A DNA stretch of 64,000 nt, taken from assembly GCF_009914755.1 (NCBI RefSeq), contig NC_060947.1. One strand, given 5' to 3'. The DNA comes from the human T2T-CHM13v2.0 reference genome, Homo sapiens. The notes under the pieces were generated by a model. That model did no database searches, had not been told where the DNA came from, and worked only from the letters and a program-made list of their open reading frames with translations. Shown here piece by piece: positions 25,701 to 37,999 of the stretch; the first letter of the stretch is position 1; the number at the start of each line of letters is the position of its first letter. Both the position numbers and the translations under genes were made by a program.

Positions 25701-27045
25701 ATACACTTGCAGATTCTACTACAAGGGTGTTGCAAACCTGAACTATCAAAGGAAGGTTCAACTCTGTGAGTTGAATACAAACATCGCAAACAATGCTCTG
25801 AGTTTGCTTCCGTTCAGTTATGTGAAGTTGATCCCGTTTCCAACGAAATCCTCAGAGAGGTCCAAATATCCCCTTGCAGATTCTACAAAACGTGTGTTTG
25901 GAAACTGCTCCATCATAACGAATGTTCAGCTCTCTGAGTTAAACTCCATCGTCACAAAGAATTTTCTGAGAGTGCTACCGTCTAGTTTTTATATGAAGTT
26001 CTTTCCTTTACTACCACAGGCCTCAAAGCAGTCCAAATCTCCACTTGCAGATTCTACAAAAAGAGTGTCTGCAAACTGCTCTATCAAAAGGAATGTTCAA
26101 CTCTGGGAGTTGAATGCAATCATCACAGAGCAGTTTCTGAGAATGCTTCTATGTCGTTTTTAGGAGAAGATATTTCCTTTTCCAACACAGTCCTCCAAGC
26201 CCGCTAAATAGCCACTTGCACATTGTAGAAAAAGTGTGTCAAAGCTGCGTAATCAAAGGGAAAGTTCAACTCTGTGAGGTGAATACAAACATCCCAAAGG
26301 AGTTTCTGAGAATGCTTCCGTTTAGCTTTTAGGTGAAGATTATCCCGTTTCCAACGAAATCTTCAAAGAGGTCCAAATATCCCCTTGCGGATCCCACAGA
26401 AAGAGTGTTTCGAAACTGCTGTTTCAAAAGGAATCTTCAACTCTGTGAGTTGAATGCAATCATCACAAAGAAGTTTCTGACAATGCTTCTCTCTCGTCTT
26501 TCTGTGAAGATAAAGGAAAAGGCTTTCAGGCCTTTTCCACCACAGGCCTGAAAGCGCTCCAAATGTCCACTTGCAGATTCTGCCAAAAGAATATTTCAAA
26601 ACTGCTCTATGAAAAGCAATGTTAAACTCTGCGGCTCGAACACAAACATCACAAAGCAGTTTCTGAGAATGCTTCAGTTTAGTTTTTCTGTGGAAATATT
26701 CCCGTTTCCAAAGAAATCTTCAAAGAGGTCCACGTATCCACTTACAGATTCTACAAAAAGACAGTTTCAAAACTGCTCAATCAAAAGGAGGGTTCAACTG
26801 TGTGACTTGAATGCAATCATCACTCAGAAGTTTCTGAGAATGCTTCTCTTTAGTTTTTACGTGAACATATACCCGTTTCGAACGAAGGCCACCCAGTGGT
26901 CCAAATATCCACTTGCAGATTCTACAGAAAGAGTGTTTCGAACCTGAACTCTCAAAGGCAGGTTCATCTCTGCGAGTTAAATGCATTCGTCATGAAGAAC
27001 TTTCTCAGCGTGTTTGTGTTTAGTTATGGGAAATTATTCCCGTTC
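16765..27045 (-). repeat. Multi-HOR duplicon copy 2 (5 HORs, 10281 bp; boundaries approximate)
   Basis: The same variants recur at +10281: 17025/27306, ~18627/28908, ~23837/34118, plus fifth-unit markers attcActtttcc 24645/34926 and cggtctctg ~24600/34881. Confidence 0.88.
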
Positions 27046-30000
27046 CCAACGAAATCCTCAGAGAGGTCCAAATGTCCACCTGCAGATTCTACCAAAAGTG
27101 TATTTGGAAACTGCTCCATCAACAGGCATGTTCAGCTCTGTGAGTGAAACTCCATCATCACAAAGAATATTCTGAGAATGCTTCCGTTTGCCTTTTATAT
27201 GAAGTTCCTTCCTATACGACCGTAGGCCTCAAAGCAGTCCAAATCTCCATTTGCAGATTCTACAAAAAGAGTGATTCCAATCTGCTCTATCAATAGGATT
27301 GTTCACCTCCATGAGTTGAATGCCATCCTCACAAAGTCGTTTCTGAGAATGCTTCTATCTAGTTTTTATGTGAAGATATTTCCTTTTCCACCACAGGCCT
27401 CAAAGCCCTCCAAACGTCCACTTGCAGATTCTCGAAAAAGAGTGTTTCATAGCTGCTCTTTCAAAAGGAAAGTTCAACTCTGGGAGTTGAATACAAACAT
27501 CACAAAGTAGTTTCAGAGAATGCTTCTGTTTAGTTCTTATGTGAAGATGATCCCGTTTCCAGTGAAATCTCCAAAGAGGTCCACATATCCCCTTGCAGAT
27601 TCCAAAGAAAGAGGGTTTCAAAACTGCTCCATCAAAAGGATTGTTCAACTCTGTGAGTTGAATGCAGTCATCGCAGAAAACTTTCTGAGAATGCTTCTGT
27701 CTAGGTTTGATGTGAAGATATAGACGTTTCAAACGAAGGCTACAAAGTGGTCAAAATATACACTTGCAGATTCTACAACAAGGGTGTTGCAAACCTGAAC
27801 TATCAAAGGAAGGTTCAACTCTGTGGGTTGAATACAAACATCGCAAAGAATGTTCTGAGTTTGCTTCCGTTCAGTTATGGGAGGTTGATCCCGTTTCCAA
27901 CGAAATCCTCAGAGAGGTCCAAATATCCCCTTGCAGATTCTACAAAACGTGTGTTTGGAAACTGCTCCATCATAACGAATGTTCAGCTCCCTGAGTTAAA
28001 CTCCATCGTCACAAAGAATTTTCTGAGAGTGCTACCGTCTAGTTTTTATATGAAGTTCTTTCCTTTACTACCACAGGCCTCAAAGCGGTCCAAATCTCCA
28101 CTTGCAGATTCTACAAAAAGAGTGTCTGCAAACTGCTCTATCAAAAGGAATGTTCAACTCTGGGAGTTGAATGCAATCATCACAGAGCAGATTCTGAGAA
28201 TGCTTCTATGTCGTTTTTAGGAGAAGATATTTCCTTTTCCAACACAGTCCTCCAAGCCCGCTAAATAGCCACTTGCACATTGTAGAAAAAGTGTGTCGAA
28301 GCTGCGCTATCAAAGGGAAAGTTCAACTCTGTGAGGTGAATGCAAACATCCCAAAGAAGTTTCTGAGAATGCTTCCGTTTACCTTTTAGGTGAAGATTAT
28401 CCCGTTTACAACGAAATCTTCAAAGAGGTCCAAATATCCCCTTGCGGATCCCACAGAAAGAGTGTTTCGAAACTGCTGTTTCAAAAGGAATCTTCAACTC
28501 TGTGAGTTGAATGCAATCATCACAAAGAAGTTTCTGACAATGCTTCTCTCTCGTCTTTCTGTGAAGATAAAGGAAAAGGCTTTCAGGCCTTTTCCACCAC
28601 AGGCCTGAAAGCGCTCCAAATGTCCACTTGCAGATTCTGCCAAAAGAATATTTCAAAACTGCTCTATGAAAAGCAATGTTAAACTCTGCGGCTCGAACAC
28701 AAACATCACAAAGCAGTTTCTGAGAATGCTTCAGTTTAGTTTTTCTGTGGAAATATTCCCGTTTCCAAAGAAATCTTAAAAGAGGTCCACGTATCCACTT
28801 ACAGATTCTACAAAAAGACAGTTTCAAAACTGCTCAATCAAAAGGAGGGTTCAACTGTGTGACTTGAATGCAATCATCACTCAGAAGTTTCTGAGAATGC
28901 TTCTCTTAATTTTTACGTGAACATATACCCGTTTCGAACGAAGGCCACCCAGTGGTCCAAATATCCACTTGCAGATTCTACAGAAAGAGTGTTTCGAACC
29001 TGAACTCTCAAAGGCAGGGTCATCTCTGCGAGTTAAATGCATTCGTCATGAAGAACTTTCTCAGCGTGTTTGTGTTTAGTTATGGGAAATTATTCCCGTT
29101 CCCAACGAAATCCTCAGAGAGGTCCAAATGTCCACCTGCAGATTCTACCAAAAGTGTATTTGGAAACTGCTCCATCAACAGGCATGTTCAGCTCTGTGAG
29201 TGAAACTCCATCATCACAAAGAATATTCTGAGAATGCTTCCGTTTGCCTTTTATATGAAGTTCCTTCCTATACGACCGTAGGCCTCAAAGCAGTCCAAAT
29301 CTCCATTTGCAGATTCTACAAAAAGAGTGATTCCAATCTGCTCTATCAATAGGATTGTTCAACTCCATGAGTTGAATGCCATCCTCACAAAGTCGTTTCT
29401 GAGAATGCTTCTATCTAGTTTTTATGTGAAGATATTTCCTTTTCCACCACAGGCCTCAAAGCCCTCCAAACGTCCACTTGCAGATTCTCGAAAAAGAGTG
29501 TTTCATAGCTGCTCTTTCAAAAGGAAAGTTCAACTCTGGGAGTTGAATACAAGCATCACAAAGTAGTTTCAGAGAATGCTTCTGTTTAGTTCTTATGTGA
29601 AGATGATCCCGTTTCCAGTGAAATCTCCAAAGAGGTCCACATATCCCCTTGCAGATTCCAAAGAAAGAGGGTTTCAAAACTGCTCCATCAAAAGGATTGT
29701 TCAACTCTGTGAGTTGAATGCAGTCATCGCAGAAAACTTTCTGAGAATGCTTCTGTCTAGGTTTGATGTGAAGATATAGACGTTTCAAACGAAGGCTACA
29801 AAGTGGTCAAAATATACACTTGCAGATTCTACAACAAGGGTGTTGCAAACCTGAACTATCAAAGGAAGGTTCAACTCTGTGGGTTGAATACAAACATCGC
29901 AACGAATGTTCTGAGTTTGCTTCCGTTCAGTTATGGGAGGTTGATCCCGTTTCCAACGAAATCCTCAGAGAGGTCCAAATATCCCCTTGCAGATTCTACA

Positions 30001-33000
30001 AAACGTGTGTTTGGAAACTGCTCCATCATAACGAATGTTCAGCTCCCTGAGTTAAACTCCATCGTCACAAAGAATTTTCTGAGAGTGCTACCGTCTAGTT
30101 TTTATATGAAGTTCTTTCCTTTACTACCACAGGCCTCAAAGTGGTCCAAATCTCCACTTGCAGATTCTACAAAAAGAGTGTCTGCAAACTGCTCTATCAA
30201 AAGTAATGTTCAACTCTGGGAGTTGAATGCAATCATCACAGAGCAGATTCTGAGAATGCTTCTGTGTCGTTTTTAGGAGAAGATATTTCCTTTTCCAACA
30301 CAGTCCTCCAAGCCCGCTAAATATCCACTTGCACATTGTAGAAAAAGTGTGTCGAAGCTGCGCTATCAAAGGGAAAGTTCAACTCTGTGAGGTGAATGCA
30401 AACATCCCAAAGAAGTTTCTGAGAATGCTTCCGTTTAGCTTTTAGGTGAAGATTATCCCGTTTGCAACGAAATCTTCAAAGAGGTCCAAATATCCCCTTG
30501 CGGATCCCACAGAAAGAGTGTTTCGAAACTGCTGTTTCAAAAGGAATCTTCAACTCTGTGAGTTGAATGCAATCATCACAAAGAAGTTTCTGACAATGCT
30601 TCTCTCTCGTCTTTCTGTGAAGATAAAGGAAAAGGCTTTCAGGCCTTTTCCACCACAGGCCTGAAAGCGCTCCAAATGTCCACTTGCAGATTCTGCCAAA
30701 AGAATATTTCAAAACTGCTCTATGAAAAGCAATGTTAAACTCTGCGGCTCGAACACAAACATCACAAAGCAGTTTCTGAGAATGCTTCAGTTTAGTTTTT
30801 CTGTGGAAATATTCCCGTTTCCAAAGAAATCTTCAAAGAGGTCCACGTATCCACTTACAGATTCTACAAAAAGACAGTTTCAAAACTGCTCAATCAAAAG
30901 GAGGGTTCAACTGTGTGACTTGAATGCAATCATCACTCAGAAGTTTCTGAGAATGCTTCTCTTAATTTTTACGTGAACATATACCCGTTTCGAATGAAGG
31001 CCACCAAGTGGTCCAAATATCCACTTGCAGATTCTACAGAAAGAGTGTTTCGAACCTGAACTCTCAAAGGCAGGGTCATCTCTGCGAGTTAAATGCATTC
31101 GTCATGAAGAACTTTCTCAGCGTGTTTGTGTTTAGTTATGGGAAATTATTCCCGTTCCCAACGAAATCCTCAGAGAGGTCCAAATGTCCACCTGCAGATT
31201 CTACCAAAAGTGTATTTGGAAACTGCTCCATCAACAGGCATGTTCAGCTCTGTGAGTGAAACTCCATCATCACAAAGAATATTCTGAGAATGCTTCCGTT
31301 TGCCTTTTATATGAAGTTCCTTCCTATACGACCGTAGGCCTCAAAGCAGTCCAAATCTCCATTTGCAGATTCTACAAAAAGAGTGATTCCAATCTGCTCT
31401 ATCAATAGGATTGTTCAACTCCATGAGTTGAATGCCATCCTCACAAAGTCGTTTCTGAGAATGCTTCTATCTAGTTTTTATGTGAAGATATTTCCTTTTC
31501 CACCACAGGCCTCAAAGCCCTCCAAACGTCCACTTGCAGATTCTCGAAAAAGAGTGTTTCATAGCTGCTCTTTCAAAAGGAAAGTTCAACTCTGGGAGTT
31601 GAATACAAACATCACAAAGTAGTTTCCGAGAATGCTTCTGTTTAGTTCTTATGTGAAGATGATCCCGTTTCCAGTGAAATCTCCAAAGAGGTCCACATAT
31701 CCCCTTGCAGATTCCAAAGAAAGAGGGTTTCAAAACTGCTCCATCAAAAGGATTGTTCAACTCTGTGAGTTGAATGCAGTCATCGCAGAAAACTTTCTGA
31801 GAATGCTTCTGTCTAGGTTTGATGTGAAGATATAGACGTTTCAAACGAAGGCTACAAAGTGGTCAAAATATACACTTGCAGATTGTACTACAAGGGTGTT
31901 GCAAACCTGAACTATCAAAGGAAGTTTCAACTCTGTGTGTTGAATAAAAACATCGCAAAGAATGTTCTGAGTTTGCTTCCGTTCAGTTATGGGAAGTTGA
32001 TCCCGTTTCCAACGAAATCCTCAGAGAGGTCCAAATATCCCCTTGCAGATTCTACAAAAAGTGTGTTTGGAAACTGCTCCATCATAACGAATGTTCAGCT
32101 CCCTGAGTTAAACTCCATCGTCACAAAGAATTTTCTGAGAGTGCTACCGTCTAGTTTTTATATGAAGTTCTTTCCTTTACTACCACAGGTCTCAAAGCGG
32201 TCCAAACCTCCACTTGCAGATTCTACAAAAAGAGTGTCTGCAAACTGCTCTATCAAAAGGAATGTTCAACTCTGGGAATTGAATGCAATCATCACAGAGC
32301 AGTTTCTGAGAATGCTTCTATGTCGTTTTTAGGAGAAGATATTTCCTTTTCCAACACAGTCCTGCAAGCCCACTAAATATCCACTTGCACATTGTAGAAA
32401 AAGTGTGTCGAAGCTGCGCTATCAAAGGGAAAGTTCAACTCTGTGAGGTGAATGCAAACATCCCAAAGAAGTTTCTGAGAATGCTTCCGTTTAGCTTTTA
32501 GGTGAAGATTATCCCGTTTGCAACGAAACCTTCAAAGAGGTCCAAATATCCCCTTGCGGATCCCACAGAAAGAGTGTTTCGAAACTGCTGTTTCAAAAGG
32601 AATCTTCAACTCTTTGAGTTGAATGCAATCATCACAAAGAAGTTTCTGACAATGCTTCTCTCTCGTCTTTCTGTGAAGATAAAGGAAAAGGCTTTCAGGC
32701 CTTTTCCACCACAGGCCTGAAAGCGCTCCAAATGTCCACTTGCAGATTCTGCCAAAAGAATATTTCAAAACTGCTCTATGAAAAGCAATGTTAAACTCTG
32801 CGGCTCGAACACAAACATCACAAAGCAGTTTCTGAGAATGCTTCAGTTTAGTTTTTCTGTGGAAATATTCCCGTTTCCAAAGAAATCTTCAAAGAGGTCC
32901 ACGTATCCACTTACAGATTCTACAAAAAGACAGTTTCAAAACTGCTCAATCAAAAGGAGGGTTCAACTGTGTGACTTGAATGCAATCATCACTCAGAAGT

Positions 33001-36000
33001 TTCTGAGAATGCTTCTCTTTAGTTTTTACGTGAACATATACCCGTTTCGAACGAAGGCCACCCAGTGGTCCAAATATCCACTTGCAGATTCTACAGAAAG
33101 AGTGTTTCGAACCTGAACTCTCAAAGGCAGGTTCATCTCTGCGAGTTAAATGCATTCATCATGAAGAACTTTCTCAGCGTGTTTGTGTTTAGTTGTGGGA
33201 AATTATTCCCGTTCCCAACGAAATCCTCAGAGAGGTCCGAATGTCCACCTGCAGATTCTACCAAAAGTGTATTTGGAAACTGCTCCATCAACAGGCATGT
33301 TCAGCTCTGTGAGTGAAACTCCATCATCACAAAGAATATTCTGAGAATGCTTCCGTTTGCCTTTTATATGAAGTTCCTTCCTATACGACCGTAGGCCTCA
33401 AAGCAGTCCAAATCTCCATTTGCAGATTCTACAAAAAGAGTGATTCCAATCTGCTCTATCAATAGGATTGTTCAACTCCATGAGTTGAATGCCATCCTCA
33501 CAAAGTCGTTTCTGAGAATGCTTCTATCTAGTTTTTATGTGAAGATATTTCCTTTTCCACCACAGGCCTCAAAGCCCTCCAAACGTCCACTTGCAGATTC
33601 TCGAAAAAGAGGGTTTCATAGCTGCTCTTTCAAAAGGAAAGTTCAACTCTGGGAGTTGAATACAAACATCACAAAGTAGTTTCCGAGAATGCTTCTGTTT
33701 AGTTTTTATGTGAAGATGATCCCGTTTCCAGTGAAATCTTCAAAGAGGTCCACATATCCCCTTGCAGATTCCAAAGAAAGAGGGTTTCAAAACTGCTCCA
33801 TCAAAAGGATTGTTCAACTCTGTGTGTTGAATGCAGTCATCACAGAAAACTTTCTGAGAATGCTTCTGTCTAGGTTTGATGTGAAGATATAGACGTTTCA
33901 AACGAAGGCTACAAAGTGGTCAAAATATACACTTGCAGATTCTACTACAAGGGTGTTGCAAACCTGAACTATCAAAGGAAGGTTCAACTCTGTGAGTTGA
34001 ATACAAACATCCCAAAGAATGTTCTGAGTTTGCTTCCGTTCAGTTATGGGAAGTTGATCCCGTTCCCAACGAAATCCTCAGAGAGGTCCAAGTATCCCCT
34101 TGCAGATTCTACAAAACGTGTTTGGAAACTGCTCCATCATAACGAATGTTCAGCTCTCTGAGTTAAACTCCATCGTCACAAAGAATTTTCTGAGAGTGCT
34201 ACCGTCTTGTTTTTATATGAAGTTCTTTCCTTTACTACCACAGGCCTCAAAGTGGTCCAAATCTCCACTTGCAGATTCTACAAAAAGAGTGTTTGCAAAC
34301 TGCTCTATCAAAAGTAATGTTCAACTCTGGGAGTTGAATGCAATCATCACAGAGCAGTTTCTGAGAATGCTTCTATGTCGTTTTTAGGAGAAGATATTTC
34401 CTTTTCCAACACAGTCCTCCAAGCCCGCTAAATATCCACTTGCACATTGTAGAAAAAGTGTGTCGAAGCTGCGCTATCAAAGGGAAAGTTCAACTCTGTG
34501 AGGTGAATGCAAACATCCCAAAGAAGTTTCTGAGAATGCTTCCGTTTAGCTTTTAGGTGAAGATTATCCCGTTTGCAACGAAATCTTCAAAGAGGTCCAA
34601 ATATCCCCTTGCGGATCCCACAGAAAGAGTGTTTCGAAACTGCTGTTTCAAAAGGAATCTTCAACTCTGTGAGTTGAATGCAATCATCACAAAGAAGTTT
34701 CTGACAATGCTTCTCTCTCGTCTTTCTGTGAAGATAAAGGAAAAGGCTTTCAGGCCTTTTCCACCACAGGCCTGAAAGCGCTCCAAATGTCCACTTGCAG
34801 ATTCTGCCAAAAGAATATTTCAAAACTGCTCTATGAAAAGCAATGTTAAACTCTGTGGCTCAAACACAAACATCACAAAGCGGTCTCTGAGAATGCTTCA
34901 GTTTAGTTTTTCTGTGGAAATATTCACTTTTCCAAAGAAATCTTCAAAGAGGTCCACGTATCCACTTACAGATTCTACAAAAAGACAGTTTCAAAACTGC
35001 TCAATCAAAAGGAGGGTTCAACTGTGTGACTTGAATGCAATCATCACTCAGAAGTTTCTGAGAATGCTTCTCTTTAGTTTTTACGTGAACATATACCCGT
35101 TTCGAACGAAGGCCAGCCAGTGGTCCAAATATCCACTTGCAGATTCTACAGAAAGAGTGTTTCGAACCTGAACTCTCAAAGGCAGGTTCATCTCTGCGAG
35201 TTAAATGCATTCATCATGAAGAACTTTCTCAGCGTGTTTGTGTTTAGTTATGGGAAATTATTCCCGTTCCCAACGAAATCCTCAGAGAGGTCCAAATGTC
35301 CACCTGCAGATTCTACCAAAAGTGTATTTGGAAACTGCTCCATCAACAGGCATGTTCAGCTCTGTGAGTGAAACTCCGTCATCACAAAGAATATTCTGAG
35401 AATGCTTCCGTTTGCCTTTTATATGAAGTTCCTTCCTATACGACCGTAGGCCTCAAAGCAGTCCAAATCTCCATTTGCAGATTCTACAAAAAGAGTGATT
35501 CCAATCTGCTGTATCAATAGGATTGTTCAACTCCATGAGTTGAATGCCATCCTCACAAAATCGTTTCTGAGAATGCTTCTATCTAGTTTTTATGTGAAGA
35601 TATTTCCTTTTCCACCACAGGCCTCAAAGCCCTCCAAACGTCCACTTGCAGATTCTCGAAAAAGAGTGTTTCATAGCTGCTCTTTCAAAAGGAAAGTTCA
35701 ACTCTGGGAGTTGAATACAAACATCACAAAGTAGTTTCAGAGAATGCTTCTGTTTAGTTCTTATGTGAAGATTATCCCGTTTCCTGTGAAATCTTCAAAG
35801 AGGTCCACATATCCCCTTGCAGATTCCAAAGAAAGAGGGTTTCAAAACTGCTCCATCAAAAGGATTGTTCAACTCTGTGAGTTGAATGCAGTCATCGCAG
35901 AAAACTTTCTGAGAATGCTTCTGTCTAGGTTTGATGTGAAGATATAGACGTTTCAAACGAAGGCTACAAAGTGGTCAAAATATACACTTGCAGATTCTAC

Positions 36001-37326
36001 TACAAGGGTGTTGCAAACCTGAACTATCAAAGGAAGGTTCAACTCTGTGAGTTGAATACAAACATCGCAAACAATGCTCTGAGTTTGCTTCCGTTCAGTT
36101 ATGTGAAGTTGATCCCGTTTCCAACGAAATCCTCAGAGAGGTCCAAATATCCCCTTGCAGATTCTACAAAACGTGTGTTTGGAAACTGCTCCATCATAAC
36201 GAATGTTCAGCTCTCTGAGTTAAACTCCATCGTCACAAAGAATTTTCTGAGAGTGCTACCGTCTAGTTTTTATATGAAGTTCTTTCCTTTACTACCACAG
36301 GCCTCAAAGCAGTCCAAATCTCCACTTGCAGATTCTACAAAAAGAGTGTCTGCAAACTGCTCTATCAAAAGGAATGTTCAACTCTGGGAGTTGAATGCAA
36401 TCATCACAGAGCAGTTTCTGAGAATGCTTCTATGTCGTTTTTAGGAGAAGATATTTCCTTTTCCAACACAGTCCTCCAAGCCCGCTAAATAGCCACTTGC
36501 ACATTGTAGAAAAAGTGTGTCAAAGCTGCGCTATCAAAGGGAAAGTTCAACTCTGTGAGGTGAATGCAAACATCCCAAAGAAGTTTCTGAGAATGCTTCC
36601 GTTTAGCTTTTAGGTGAAGATTATCCCGTTTCCAACGAAATCTTCAAAGAGGTCCAAATATCCCCTTGCCGATCCCACAGAAAGAGTGTTTCGAAACTGC
36701 TGTTTCAAAAGGAATCTTCAACTCTGTGAGTTGAATGCAATCATCACAAAGAAGTTTCTGACAATGCTTCTCTCTCGTCTTTCTGTGAAGATAAAGGAAA
36801 AGGCTTTCAGGCCTTTTCCACCACAGGCCTGAAAGCGCTCCAAATGTCCACTTGCAGATTCTGCCAAAAGAATATTTCAAAACTGCTCTATGAAAAGCAA
36901 TGTTAAACTCTGCGGCTCGAACACAAACATCACAAAGCAGTTTCTGAGAATGCTTCAGTTTAGTTTTTCTGTGGAAATATTCCCGTTTCCAAAGAAATCT
37001 TCAAAGAGGTCCACGTATCCACTTACAGATTCTACAAAAAGACAGTTTCAAAACTGCTCAATCAAAAGGAGGGTTCAACTGTGTGACTTGAATGCAATCA
37101 TCACTCAGAAGTTTCTGAGAATGCTTCTCTTTAGTTTTTACGTGAACATATACCCGTTTCGAACGAAGGCCACCCAGTGGTCCAAATATCCACTTGCAGA
37201 TTCTACAGAAAGAGTGTTTCGAACCTGAACTCTCAAAGGCAGGTTCATCTCTGCGAGTTAAATGCATTCGTCATGAAGAACTTTCTCAGCGTGTTTGTGT
37301 TTAGTTATGGGAAATTATTCCCGTTC
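27046..37326 (-). repeat. Multi-HOR duplicon copy 3 (5 HORs, 10281 bp; boundaries approximate)
   Basis: Near-identical to 16765-27045. The unit-length signature 2056,2056,2055,2057,2057 is repeated. In-register similarity ends by 37420-37567. Confidence 0.88.
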
Positions 37327-37999
37327 CCAACGAAATCCTCAGAGAGGTCCAAATGTCCACCTGCAGATTCTACCAAAAGTGTATTTGGAAACTGCTCCAT
37401 CAACAGGCATGTTCAGCTCCGTGAGTGAAACTCCATCATCACAAAGAATATTCTGAGAATGCTTCCGTTTGCCTTTTATATGAAGTTCCTTCCTATACGA
37501 CCGTAGGCCTCAAAGCAGTCCAAATCTCCATTTGCAGATTCTACAAAAAGAGTGATTCCAATCTGCTGTATCAATAGGATTGTTCAACTCCATGAGTTGA
37601 ATGCCATCCTCACAAAGTCGTTTCTGAGAATGCTTCTATCTAGTTTTTATGTGAAGATATTTCCTTTTCCACCACAGGCCTCAAAGCCCTCCAAACGTCC
37701 ACTTGCAGATTCTCGAAAAAGAGTGTTTCATAGCTGCTCTTTCAAAAGGAAAGTTCAACTCTGGGAGTTGAATACAAACATCACAAAGTAGTTTCCGAGA
37801 ATGCTTCTGTTTAGTTCTTATGTGAAGATGATCCCGTTTCCAGTGAAATCTTCAAAGACGTCCACATATCCCCTTGCAGATTCCAAAGAAAGAGGGTTTC
37901 AAAACTGCTCCATCAAAAGGATTGTTCAACTCTGTGAGTTGAATGCAGTCATCGCAGAAAACTTTCTGAGAATGCTTCTGTCTACGTTTGATGTGAAGA

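Noticed and set aside
8541-37326. Triplication as a pure assembly artefact
   Set aside because: Each copy has private variants (e.g. 19541, 20740, 28778, 30264, 30995, 31947) and the copies differ in length, which an artefactual copy would not show. Spanning-read confirmation is still advisable.
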